Positions 50,912 through 64,000 of a DNA stretch of 64,000 nt are shown here, one piece after another. Positions within the stretch are counted from its first letter, which is position 1. The number at the start of each line of letters is the position of its first letter. The position numbers were made by a program, and so were the translations under genes. The notes beneath the pieces are model-generated. The model did not search any database and had not been told where the DNA came from. It was given only the letters and a program-made list of their open reading frames with translations. The stretch is from NCBI GenBank assembly GCA_964016885.1, contig OZ024740.1, positions 116,436,001 through 116,500,000 on the forward strand, given 5' to 3'. Source of the stretch: Eledone cirrhosa (Eukaryota).

Positions 50912-53863
50912 GAAGTTGAATAATTACTTCTGTTTTAGAATATTATTTTTTTGTATCTTTCTATTCAGATCGGGAGATACAAATCAGCTAGGGAACTTTA
51001 CCAGGTAACACGACCTGCTAGAAATAGCAATGTATTTATTTATTTATTTAATCAATTTAGACATCTGTGTAGAGCTAGTAAGCCGTGGCAGACTAGGGGA
51101 AATATCTAGTACTTACAGTTGAGAAAGAAAAAACAAGATATACAGAGATAAGTGAATATATGAAAAAAATAAAATATGACAAACATTTAAATAGGGAAGG
51201 CCAACTAGAGGCAAAATAAGCATCATCATCATCATCATCTTCATTTAACGTCCATCTTCGTTTAACAAGCATAGAAAAGATAAAGAAAAAATGAGAAGCA
51301 AGGGAAGCTGTAAAGCAGGAGGTTCTGTTGTTGAATCTTTTCATAACCTTCATGTACTCAAAGATTTTGTTTATAGTTGTTAGATCTTTTACAATAAATT
51401 GTATCTCCAATCTTGGTACATTTTTGATGATTGGCTTCAAGATATCTTCTCTCTTAGATTGGTAGTTGTAACATTGTAACAATTACACCCCACTGCCCCA
51501 GAAATATTTATTAACCCCTTTCATAACTATATTTCTAATGAAATACTCTAATGATTTTCAAATCACTTCAAAATTATCAATAATTTGAAAGGATTTAGTA
51601 ATGCAACTAATTTTCACATTAGAAAGTTGGTGTTTGGACCATAACTTATCAAAGGTATTTACATAAAATTATGATGTAAGCTTTTTTTTGCAAATATAAG
51701 CACTTTAAAATAAACAGCTTTGTATTGTAGAACAAGGGATAATTTCAGGCAGTTTGGTATAAAATTAGTTAAAATCTATTTTGTATATTAGCCCCAGGCT
51801 TACCTTAATGGAGTAGGCCTATGGTCAAAGACATTTTAGCTGTGATCATCCAGTCTATTAGTATAAAAAGGATTACATTATCTAATGTGTTCTTCCCTTT
51901 AGATGGTAAGATGTGATTTGAAAAAGTTCTATTTATAGTCAGTTGAGTGGCTGATTTGAGGCTCTCTTGTTAACTTGATAATATTATATGTATATGTGTA
52001 ATTGGCAGAATAGTTAGTGCCAAACAAAATGATTCATAGTATTTGGTTATGGCTCTTTATGTTCTGAGTTCAAAATTTGTCGAGATTAGCTTCACCTTTC
52101 ATCCTTATGGAGTCAATAAAATAAAGTACCAGTAATGCACTGGGATCGATTCATTCGACTTTGGCCTCCCTCAAAATTGTTAGCCTTGTGCCTAAATCAG
52201 AAACCATTATATACACACACACACAGTTTAATAGTTGTCATATATTTATGTCTATACACAAAGGTGGCGAATTGGCAGAGTCGGTTAGAATGCTTTGCAA
52301 TATTTATTTGGGCTCTACACACTGAGGTCAAATCACATCAAAGTCAACTTTCCATTGCACCCTTTTGGGCTTGATAAATTAAATAGCAGTCTAGGGCTTG
52401 GATTGACAAAATTATTAGAGCTCCAGAAGAGATGCATAGCAGAATCTGTTCCAGTTCTATGCGTTCTCATTTCAAAGTAGGTTTTTTAATCTAGCTAATG
52501 GTGTTAAGTTGCTAATATCAGATGACATGTCAACTAGAGCCAGATTTTGGTTACATTAATATAGAACAAGTTGATCCAAGTAGGGCAAATACTAGGACAG
52601 AAACAAAATAATAATAACAATTATGTGTATATACATATATATGAAATTGTGTATGTGGTTGAGGCTTAAAATGCCATATACTAAGAAAGCTTCAATAATG
52701 TTTTGAACTTCATCAATCCCATTAGGTCTTGTGTTGTTGACATTTGTATTGTTTAGAAATACAGCCTAGAATATTGTTAATAAAAATCAAAACATCTGAT
52801 CTAAATAGGAAGCCATGAAATTAGAGTAAATTTTATTCAAGCATTTATTTCCTCTCTTCCTCTCTCTCTCTCTCTCTCTCTGTATATATATATATACACC
52901 CATATAACGGTGATGATGATGATATATATATATATCCCTCTTTGTTTGAAAACAGATACTGTTAGTTAACTTCTCCACGGAAATACATTTGACATGAGTA
53001 TTATATTGATGATGATGAGTGTGGGATTTCTTATTCTTCCTAACACCCATGTTGCTGCCAGAACTCATTTCATTCTTTCATTACTGTCTTAGGAATTAGC
53101 TTCATATTTTGTTTCATATTTAGCAATATTTTTCTTACTAATTCATCTTTTCCTCTCTGACTGTTTCTTAAACTATGTGAAGACCAGAGACTGTAGTAAC
53201 TTCCTGTTTTCATTATATGCATGTGCATATGTGTTTATATACATGTGTGTTTCTATCCATGTATGTATATAGCGTTGCAAACATGCCAAATCTGTAACAC
53301 TAATTTTAATGTTCAGCTTGGGCATGTGTGTATATCTATGTATGTATATATGTGTGTGTTTATATGTGTGTGTGTCATCATAATCATCGTTTAACGTCTA
53401 TCTTCTATGCTACCATGGGTTTAGACGGGAATTGTCCCACGTGAGGCAAGATTGGTTGTCTTGCTTGTATAGGACTGTCTGGCAGGTTTTCTACAACTGG
53501 ATGCCCTTCCTAACACCAACCACATTTACAGTGTGGACTGGGAGGTTACAGCGTGGACTGTGTGTTTTTTTGTCGTGACACCTACACGACCTCTTTATTT
53601 AGGACTGGATGTTGTGGCACCAACATAACTTTAGGTGTAGATGGTAGTGGGGTGGGGGTGTATTTTTGGTTAGGAGGTGCCTACTGACTAGGTTTCGCTT
53701 TGTACTTAGGCAAGGCGGGTCTTCTGTATTACTGCGTAGTGCTAAAGATCTCGGTCCAGTGACATTGTCTTGGAGAGGTGTAAGTGGTTTTTCTGGGTCT
53801 ACCTACTCCGTAGCTTCCGTCTATTTTAATCAGCCTGTGTGTCTATATATATGTATATGTGAG

Positions 53864-53896
<33 letters not shown>

Positions 53897-53941
53897 ATAT
53901 GTATGTGTGTATATGTGTATATATATATATATGTATATGTC

Positions 53942-54260
53942 GGGTCACTTTTGAGCGCTACTGGTAGCATGTAACCCAGTACAACTAACTGCATCGTCTG
54001 GTCGTTGGTGACTAAACTGACAACCTCACCAAGCTAGCTTGGTGAGGAGGGTGATTTTGGGACACCCTGTGGGATGAAAAATAAAACCCACGAAGGAACT
54101 CAGGAGAATCAATGGCCATCCCCCCAAAAAAAACTTGTGATCATTTTAGCATCTGGCATATGGCACACTGTGCACCTGCACAGGTAAATGCTATCTTGGT
54201 GGAGAGAGTGTGTATTGAGCTGCACAAGCAATGGCTGCTATAAAGAAGTCATGTGCAGGT
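53942..54260 (+). mobile_element. LINE 5'-end remnant; related minus-strand copy at ~24400-24680
   Basis: Shared CATGTAACCCAG...ACTAAAC...GAACTC...TCAA(C/T)GGC(C/T)ATCC. Confidence 0.5.
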
Positions 54261-56622
54261 AGTTTAGTAAATACCATAAAAACATTCTATGGCGATTGAG
54301 AGATAGCGACAGGAACAGGTGAAGAATGACACTGGAAGGTCCCAGCTTGAAGTCTGCACTTGAGTAGTAAGAGATAGATGGCGGTTTTGCACAATATCTG
54401 TGAGTAATTGCGTAACTCCCGTCCTTCTCTCACAACAAAGCAGCCCTGTTTGGGATGGCATTGCTTTTCTCTTAGGGAGGAGAGGCCACGAAAATGTGAC
54501 CTAAAATTTACTTACCCGTTCCACTCCCTGTCATTAGGTGCAGATGACTGGGCATGCAAAACTGCCCCATAACACTAAAGGGATCAAAATTAAATTTCAA
54601 AAACCTATTCATTAGGTTTTGGAATGCTTGTTGTTGTTGCTTCATTAACACCATTTTTCTTTTAACTGGTGGTATTGTGTCAAACACCCCCACCACCAAT
54701 ACCATAAAAACACATGCACGCGCGCGACAGGCTTCTGAACAGTTTAATGGAATTCTACTTTTTAAACAAATACTTTATTGATGTTGACATTAATAATACC
54801 AACAAAGAAAATTATATTTATCTGCTCTGAAGTTATGTAAATATGTAAATTCATAATTGAATGTAAATGGATACTCATTTTTTAATTTTATTTTGGCATC
54901 ATTTACAGAATATAATATTTGACTAGATTTTGTGAATGTGAATTGAAACTGATAATATTATATAGATTATATGGGATGTATGTGGAATGTGAGAGGGTGT
55001 TATTGGAAGTCATTTAAGTTTCAGTTTCCTCATACAGTTAAATCCAACTCATCAAAATACTTTGGGATATTAGTATCTAATGGAATCTCTCAATAGCTAA
55101 TAAGAGAGCATTTTATAGAGGAAAAGAAAAGAGTCTGTAAAATTAATATATTAGGATGAAGAGCAGGAAATATAAAGGCGTCACTATTGAGGTTACTACG
55201 TAATTACTAAAAATATTGATTTATATCAAAAGCAAAAGGAAGTTAAGGGATGGTTTCTTTTACTTTCAAATAGTCATTCTGAATCTTTTCTTTTTCTCTG
55301 CTCACCAGCTTCTACACAACATTGTATGTATCTATAGGATTCCAAGCATTTACAAAAATAAATAAGTAAATAAATCAGTAAACAAAATATAAAATAAATA
55401 CATAATAAAGACTAATATATAAATCAAGCAGCTACTTGGCAGAGCCATCACAGCAAAAGATAGAATGATTTGCAGTGTTTATTTCAGTTCTCTGGCTCTT
55501 AGGTCAAATTCTGGAGAGGCCAACTTTGGTTTTTATTCTTTTGAGATTGATAAATGGAGTACCAGTCCTGTACTGAGATTGATTCTCTCTCTCTGTGGAA
55601 GAACTCAGCTCTGGTCAAACTTGTTGGGGAATGGGTGCTATCATGTCATGATAGCACCCCTATGATTCCATTAGGAGAAATGGGAGTACTGATAGTGATA
55701 TATAAGTCAGAAAACTGTATAAGAAAACGTATTTTATTGTATCATTTAATATATTTTCATTTCTTTTACAAAAGGCAAGTTTTAGCCCAAAAGTTCAATT
55801 GACCTCCTGGGTAGTCCCAGTGATATCTGATAGTCAGTATCAACCATTTTGAGAACACCTGATCTGTAGAGTGTCTACCTATCAGCTGATCAGATCCAGA
55901 TTTATAATTTTCAAATATCAGACCTTACACTGCCAGCTTACCTTTCATCCATTGTCTCCAGTGAGGTTCTCAACAATATGTAGGAACCCAATGTGAACCA
56001 GAAACTCAAGTCAACCTGGTTATCTGGGTTGATGATTGTCTCACTGTCCCCCCAGTATGCACAATATCAACACAACTGGGATGAAATTAGATGCAGTTCC
56101 ACCTGCATGCTGACTGAATCTTCCTGGGATCAATGCTGTCTCATCTGCCCTGCAGCCAAACAGGAGAGTGTGGCTCAATTCAGTGCCCTCTTCATCAACC
56201 AGTACCTTTTTGGTCTACAGCTGAGATATACTGTCTAGCTAGGGTGTAAAGAGTTTGCACCTTTTTTCATTATTTATTTTTTTCTCTTTCTGTTTATTAT
56301 TTTAATTTTTCAAAAATACTTTTATCATTGTATAATACATTTTTTCATTTCTTTAAAATCAATGTTATTATTATTTAAACATTGAGAGTTATGGCCTATA
56401 ATGTTCTGAGTTCAAATCCTGCTGAGGTTAACTTTGCCTTTCATCCTTACAGGGTTGATAAAATAAAATACCAGTAACACACTAGGTCGATTTAATTGAC
56501 TTTCCTCTTCCCCAAAATTGTTGGCCTTGTGCCTAAATCTGATTCTTCTGACTCAAAGTTCAAATGCTTTTCATCCTTCTGGAGTCAATAAAATGAAGTA
56601 ACAGTCTATTATTGGGGTTGAT

Positions 56623-57047
56623 TTAACCCTTTAGCATTTATCTTACTCTATATATACTATTATATTTTCATGGTGGATTGGCAGTATCGGTAGAGGATCG
56701 GACGCCATGCTTTGACGCATAGAGTTACGGCCCTTGCCATTCTGAGTTCAAATCCCGCCATGGTTACCTTTGCCTTTCATCCTTACGGGGTCGATAAAAT
56801 AAAGTACCAGTAATGTACTGAGTAATTGTTGGCCTTGTGCCAATAGTAGAAACAATTATATTTTCATGGTAAAGGCTTTATTTCACATAATTATCTCACA
56901 TAATATCGAATCCATGAGATTTTGACATTATTTATTTTGAGAAAAATACCTTAACATTAGTATGAGTGGCAAGTTACAGCCGGTTTGAATAGAAAGAGGT
57001 GAGAGAATTCTGGCCAGATACAGCCGGTTTAAATGCTAAAGGGTTAA
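56623..57047 (-). mobile_element. TTAA MITE with nested family A SINE (16-bp TSD)
   Basis: TIRs; ATTATATTTTCATGGT at 56659-56674 and 56855-56870. Confidence 0.9.
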
Positions 57048-57569
57048 TAAAAGAATAACCTCACACCTGAAAATTGCTGGCTTGTGCATAAATTAGAGAC
57101 AATTATTATTTTAGCCTATAATAAATGCATCAATTCTCACTTTTCTTGGCAGTTGCCACTGTTGCTGATCATCATCATCATTATTATTACCGTTTAACGT
57201 CCATTCTCCACACTAGCATGGGCTAGAAGGGTTGTCCTATTTGTGGCAAGTTGGATCAGATGACCATCTCTTGCTCATACAGAACTGATTTGAGCTTGGT
57301 TTCTATGGCTGGATGCTCTTCCTAATGTCAACCACATTTACAATGAGTATGGGGTGCTTTGTCAAGTGATGTGGTTTGTCTCACACCGGAATAACTCAAC
57401 TAACCCATGCTAGTGTGAACAAATGAATGTTAAACAGTGATGATGATGATGAATTAAGTGTCCAGATGATATAAAGGTTAAGAAGAATGTTTTAACACGG
57501 GGAAACACAAGTGTACATAATGTTGGTGACTTTTTATGTTATTGTCACTAACCTTCAGCACTATGTAAA

Positions 57570-58676
57570 GTTCTTGATGGAGCAACATGCAATTATCCAT
57601 GTACTAATGGAAAGAACAAACCTAATTTACCAAATGATTGACATTGAGTTTTATTGACTGTCATTGTGAAAGCCACTTGAACTGTAAGCTGCAATCATTT
57701 AAGCATGAATGGTAGAGTGGTGTTAGAAGGGCTTAGTATAATTCTTGCTACAATGACATACTTTCTGTAACAATCATGTTCAATCATGCATTCATGTAAA
57801 TTTGTTATTCAAAGCCCATTAGCCTTATTTAACCCTTTAGCATTTCTCTTCACCTCTTTCTATTCAAACCGGCCATAACTGACCACTTATACTGACATTA
57901 AGGTATTATACTCAAAATAAATAATAACAGAATCAAAATCTCATAGATTCCATATTATGTGAGATAATTATGAGATAAAGCCTTTACCATGAAAATATAA
58001 TAGTAATGTAATTGCTAAAGGGTTAAATGTTGCTATAACATTACAGCTGTTTAGGAATTCCATTGAATAATGGTAATTGTCATTAACATTGCAGGAATCA
58101 ATACTTTTATAAGTGACTGCTTCCACATCAAATATGTCGATAATTTCCTCATTTATAAAATCAACTATATTTATAGTCACCCTCATCATCATTTCATGTC
58201 TGCTTTCCATGATGACCTGTGGGTTATATGGGTTGGAGAATGACATCTTGCTGATACATTTCATATTTTGGTATAGTTTTTACAATAGTGAATTCTGGTT
58301 GATCCAAACATGCTTCCATTTAGTCCATAGCTATTTGATATCTTCTTTGAAACTGTTTATTGCAGAAACAAATATATCTCCTGTGTGAGATTGAAACTGT
58401 TTGAAGTTTATCTGCACACTAACAAAAGAGCTCGTCGTTGCCAGGCACACCTTTCGCCACAGTAAATAAAGACTCCCCACTCCCTCATCAACATGGCCAT
58501 CTTTAAATAGACCTAGAACTCTGCTATTTTGGAGACGAGAAAGATTTAAACTATATATTGACATGATCTTGGAGCTAAATAACCTATGTATCAAATTTGA
58601 ACAAAATCGGATGGAAACTGTGGAAATGCATCGCCTGCATACAGACAGATGGAGATTTTCGTTTATATATGTAGAT
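57570..58676 (-). pseudogene. Decayed Helitron (Pif1-family helicase C-terminus, probable 5' TC end)
   Basis: RIILSPSNTTLPFMLK*LQLTVQVAFTMTVNKTQCQSF...HG*LHVAPSR; YKSIDS...YSMEFLNS; minus strand starts A|TCTACATATATAAAC near 58675. Confidence 0.75.
57829..58026 (+). mobile_element. TTAA MITE inserted in the Helitron relic
   Basis: TIRs and internal match to 30434-30662. Confidence 0.85.
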
Positions 58677-59189
58677 GAGTAAATTATGACTCTTCATCAT
58701 AAAGGAAAACTGACATATCAAGTAAATGATTCCAAAAAAATCCTGTGAGAAACACCCCTCCACACGAACAAGCACACATATAACTCATAAAAGTTGTAAG
58801 AGTTAAATTGCAGGTGAAATTGTTTTTGCAAGTTAAAGCCTCTTTTTCTCACACTCACTTTCCCTCTCTCCCTCTCATTTTAGTAATGTAGATGTTTCTG
58901 AATAAAAAAAATTAGTTTATTTGAAAAACTTTTACAGTAAAATTATTTTATGGTTCCCTAAGTATGTCTTCTGTGCCCCAGTTAGAATGACAATCATGAA
59001 GTTAAGCAACTAAAGGATTAAAACATAGATCAACTATATTTGTTGGTTCATAAATATTTAACATTTTTAATATAAAGCTGGCTCTGGTTCTGTGAAATAT
59101 AGCCACCAATTTTAAAGGGCTCCTATTTATCAGCAATGAAAAGACCATTGGAAATTTAATTTCTTTGGTTTTATCCAACAACAGTTCCT

Positions 59190-59550
59190 CTTCCTCTTTC
59201 TTCTTCTTGGGAGGGTCATAGGGGATAGTCATTAAGTATGCCTTCTATGAGTTCTGTCCAAAGCAACCATCTCCAGTTGATCTGACTGGATCCCCAAGCA
59301 AGACCAGCTAAGCTCATAGATGTTATTCATCCATCTTGCTGGCTGGTTTTGCTCATAAAATCTGTCCAGCAATTCTTTCCTGGGACATTCTATCCACATG
59401 TCCATAATATAGGTGCTGTGATCTCTCAATTTGGAAAGTAGTGGCTTTACTTGGAGTAACTCCCTGATCTCCAAGCTAAGCACTCTATCAAGTAACATTA
59501 CTATAAAACCCTTTGGAGAAATCTCATTCTGGCCACTTGTATTTGTGATC
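59190..59550 (-). mobile_element. RTE LINE 3' fragment
   Basis: Homologous to 33990-34350. Confidence 0.75.
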
Positions 59551-60546
59551 GTATCTTTTCGAATCGGTTCCTTTTTCTTCAAATTAAAATCGTCCAGCAT
59601 AATTTTATATAAGAACCATATTAAGTTACTATCTTAGTCTTAAAAAATATCTAAGACTACATGGCATAATAATGTAGTTCTAGACACATGGTATCGTAAA
59701 AAAGAAAAGACAGCCCCATCTTAACTGGAAGACTTTTGATCCTAAATCTGATTAATCAGTGCTAAACAACAATCACACATATACATACACACACTCACAC
59801 TTACATACACTCACACTCACACCATGTTTAGTTTTTAAATATTTTTTATTGTTGTATAAATTTACCACCAACTCCTTCACTACAGTTTCTAATGAAATTC
59901 ATGTAACCTTGAATTTTACTTCACTGCATACCTATATAAGGTTGTTATGCTGTGTCTTCCATGGATGAATTGACCTCAAATATATACCTAGCTAGTTAGG
60001 CTGTGACACTAACAATATTCACAAATTTGGTTGTTTTTTCACAAAGAACACACACTCACACATATTTTTATTGTCTTTGTTGTTGTCTCCTTTCTCTCTC
60101 TCTCTTTTATATTTCTGTTCGCAATAATAATTTTTCAAACCTCCCTCAATCTCTCCACTATAAAGAAATCGTTTTTACAGGAAATATTTTTGTTAGAGTA
60201 ACTGTCCCTCCCCTCCCCTACATAACTATTAATCATATCTTTATTGTCTATCCATTTATCTATAAATTAATTCTCCCCCCTTTCTCTCTTTATATATATA
60301 TATAAATTATATCTATTCTAGGAATTTTGATATTTATAGCTTTGAATGACCTTGATAGAAAGAAGTAAATATATTTATACTACAAGATTGATATCGTTTT
60401 TGTGATTCCAAATATTTCCCTAAGAGGCTCCAGCATGACAAGTTGAACAACTACAGATTTCATATATATCATCCCATCTCATTCCACCCAATCCTATCCT
60501 TCACAGACATCCAGCGACCTGAAATATTAGATCCGGCATGGTTTAG

Positions 60547-60935
60547 ATTGGCTATATCAGTAGAGCATCGGATGAGATGCTTTGCAGCATATAGTTACAG
60601 CCCTTTACATTCTGAGTTCAAATTCTTCTGAGGTTAGCTTTGCTTTTTATCCTTACAGGGTCGATAAAATAAAGTACCAGTAACATACTGAGGTTGATTT
60701 AATCAACTTCCCCTCCCTCCAAATATTGTTAGCCTTGTGCCTAAATCAGAAAGCATTATTACAAATGGCAGTATCGGTAGAGGGTCAGACATGGTTTCCA
60801 GCATAGTTACGTCCCTTTACGATCTGAGTTCAAATCCCGCCGAGGTTAACTTTGCCTTTCATCCTTACGAGGTCGATAAAATAAAGTACCAGTAATGTAC
60901 TGGCTAACCTTGTGCCAAAATTAGAAACAATTATT
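60547..60935 (+). mobile_element. Two tandem family A SINEs
   Basis: Heads at ~60547 and ~60766. Confidence 0.8.
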
Positions 60936-62329
60936 ACAAATATATAATGAAGATACTGACCTCTTTCAGTCATTATTGCATTTGATCCTTACCTTTTTTA
61001 TAATTGTAACCTTTATCCATTCACCATATGTTCGATTTACTAGAAATAGCAACCAAATCTCAAATGAAGGATATGGATAATATAGTCTATCAGACAAGGG
61101 CAATTACCCCAAATATTTGATTCTTCACTTCTCATGACAATTCTATAAGCTTTCCTAATTATTGACAATGCAGATCATCATCAATGTCATCAGATTCTGG
61201 ATGTTACTCTTAGATAAATTGTGTTAGAAAAGATGGAATGGTTGCAGCTAGAAAGTCTTTGATCATTGCTCTGATTAATCTGTTTTGAGCTGGAGTTAAA
61301 CAATGTCATCATCATCATCATTATTTTTACGTTCATTTTTTCACACTTGCATGGGTTGGACAGGTCTTTTTCAGCACAGCATCTCTCCATACACTGCATT
61401 CCCCCATCTCGTCTGTGAGTCAAAATGATTTGAGATCAGCTTTCACCATCTCCACCCAAGTGTTCCTTGTCTACCTCTACTACAGTTTCCTACCACTGGA
61501 ATTTCCTAGCACTTCTTCACCCAGCAATCAACATCCATGTGCATCACATACCCATACCAACACAGTCTCCTCTCTTGTACATCACTTTGGATTCCTCAGA
61601 AATCCAGTTTCTGCAAGCTCTGCCTTTTTCTCACATTTACATTGAACATCTAATGAAGCATTTCATCCATTCAAGGTTGATGATAAAGTTCCAGTGTCGT
61701 ACTGGGGTCAATTCTTCCTCTATATCTCTTTCTCTCACTTTTTATCCTTCTCTGGAAGAAATCTGCTGGAGAGGAGATGGGCTCCACCAGGTTTTAAAAA
61801 AGATGCCCTAGAAACGCTGAATGTTACAGGACAATGCATGCATGCATACATTAAACCTAGATCAAGCATTGGCTTTATATGACCTATTTAGTTCATGGAG
61901 ACATAATTTGTTTTCAGTCTCCATCAGATTCAATTTACTTATATACAGTTTATAATTTGCTTATTTATAGCTTTTAATTCACTTATATATAACTTCCAAT
62001 TTATATACTAATAGTTTTACAAGTGACTTTGACAAATTTCATTTAAAAATACTATCTAGAATCTTTATCACATTATTTTTTGCATCTGTTTTTTCCATAC
62101 TTACATGGGTTGGACGAAACTTTTTGAGACAGATTTTTTTTGTAGCTGGATGCTCTTCTAGATTCCAACTGATAATTTATTCTATGTAGGGTATATACTG
62201 CTACCATTCATTGAACTGTTACATGGCAGGATGTATTATGGAGGACATAAACATCACTGCTTGCTTTTTTTAGCTAGTGTTAATATGAAGATGTTAGTTG
62301 CATCTCCCTCTCTCTCTCACATCTGTATG

Positions 62330-62495
62330 TAGTTGATGGACAAAAGAAAAGAGTACTCAAAACCAAAGTAGAGTTTAAATATTCATTTATTATGGCTTAA
62401 ATAGTGAATCTTGTTACTCTGGAATTTCACCTGTGTGCGCGCAAGTGAAACTCCAGAGTAACAGGACTCACTATTTAGCCATAATAAATGAATAT
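62330..62495. mobile_element. Foldback element of the 29.65-kb family
   Basis: Arms 62379-62430 / 62445-62495; right arm begins GTGAAACTCCAGAGTAAC. Confidence 0.75.
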
Positions 62496-63097
62496 ATACA
62501 TACGCACTGATATACAACAGGCTTTCTTACAGTTTCTGTCTATTAAATTCATTCATAAAGCATTTTTTTTGCCCAAATTTATCAAATGTGCCACACGGAG
62601 AGACTCAACCCAATAGGACATTTCTTCACCACACAGCCATCGCTCTTTCTTACTATAAATAATTCTCTAAACTAATAGATTTTTTCAGATGCATGCACAT
62701 GCTTATTCACATGCATAATCCTCACATACATGTGCAAATGGCTTAATGAATAAATAACGACACCATTTGTTAATGAGCTGTCAGTTTGTATCTATTGCAT
62801 TGATGAAACCTTTAAGAACTACTTGCTTTCCAGTCAGATGACCACCAAACATATTTTTGTTCTTTCCATTGAATTACAGCAGTAGGTCAATGGGATCATA
62901 TTTAAAAAGATAAAATTGTCTAACCACAGTAATAAAAGCTATATATCAGCATCATCATCATCCTTTTTGTGTCCATTTCATTCAATGCTAGCATAAGTTA
63001 TTTTTTAGGCTGTATTCTATGGCTGTATTTTCCTTCCAGATGCAAACCCTTACTTTTTTCCCCAAGGAAAACATACTAATTTATGTGTATCAAACAA

Positions 63098-63300
63098 TTA
63101 ACCCTTTAGCATACACATTACTCTATATATACTATTGTATTTTCATGGTAAAGGCTTTACCTCACATCATATCGAATCTGAGATTTTGAAAGTATTTATT
63201 TTGAGAACAATACCTTAGCATCAGTTTGAGCGACCAGTTACAGCTAGTTTCAACAGAAAAAGGTAGAGAATTTTGGCCGGTTTGAACATTAAAGGGTTAA
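63098..63300 (-). mobile_element. TTAA MITE
   Basis: TIRs and internal match. Confidence 0.85.
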
Positions 63301-63619
63301 ACCATGGGACTTTTGTTTATGTGGGACAAATGTAAATACACATATACAATGGGCTTTGTATATTGGTTGACCTCAAGCTGTAGTAGACACCTGATTAAAG
63401 TGCTACATGGTGGGTTAGAACTTGAAAAATCATGGTTCTGAAGTGAACTTCTTAAATACACTGCAATTTTGCAATAACATACATACTAAATTCATCCGCC
63501 AAAACTAAGGGTTGCCCCTCTTGTCAAGCCCCACGTGGGTTTTGATAACGGTCAGTCCTTGGCTTGGCACTGAACTAAAAGCCTGTTCGATCATCATACC
63601 AAAAGCTTAACATTATTTG

Positions 63620-63776
63620 TGCCATGCTTTGACGCATAGATTTATAGCCTTTTCCATTCTGAGTTCAAATCCCGCCGAGGTCAACTTTGCCTTTCATCGT
63701 TACGGGGTTGATAAAATAAAGTACCAGTAATGTACTGGGTAATTGCTGGTCTTGTGCCAAAGGTAGAAACAATTAT
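63620..63776 (+). mobile_element. SINE family A, 5' truncated
   Basis: B box and core. Confidence 0.8.
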
Positions 63777-64000
63777 TTGTCTAAGCAGACAGTACTTGAT
63801 TTAGGAGTTGCAGAAACCCAATGCTGGATTTTACCAACCTTCCAGGGGTCCAGGTATAATTTTCAATCATATTTTATTTGTTTGACCCGAATTACTTGGT
63901 CGTTTCTATGGCTGTGCGGATAATGGTTTAACCATCATCTCAGTGTGTTTGGCCTTTTAACTTATGTTGTTGCTCTAGTTCACTAGCTTCTATGGAGCGC

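Noticed and set aside
50969-51004. 36-bp AG..GT exon-like segment
   Set aside because: The donor overlaps a dispersed repeat fragment and the peptide is not recognisable
54508-54740. Minus-strand ORF ending at a GTAAGT donor-like site
   Set aside because: Lies in an imperfect inverted-repeat element (CCTGTC...GACAGG with a central palindrome); no homology recognised

Overview
AT-rich, repeat-saturated animal DNA with no intact protein-coding gene. The SINE, RTE and MITE families look coleoid cephalopod (Octopus-like), which is my inference from family resemblance. Almost all listed ORFs are microsatellite artefacts. The main signal is RNA-level. Bases 1-3268 are a head-to-tail array of near-identical ~482-bp units, each carrying a type I hammerhead ribozyme: CTGATGA / stem II / GAAA / palindromic ACTAGT stem III / GUA cleavage triplet / long stem I. 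This is the architecture of a non-LTR retrozyme or newt satellite-2-like element, and each unit also has an octamer motif. Other hammerhead families lie in foldback elements next to (TA)n tracts: a U3-A8 core variant at ~5.5 kb, a double hammerhead palindrome at ~48.4 kb, and decayed copies. The rest is satellites, telomere-variant hexamer arrays, local duplications, tRNA-derived SINEs, TTAA-flanked MITEs, and decayed RTE, CRE-like, R4/Dong-like and Helitron fragments. All structures were read by eye; no folding or database search was run.
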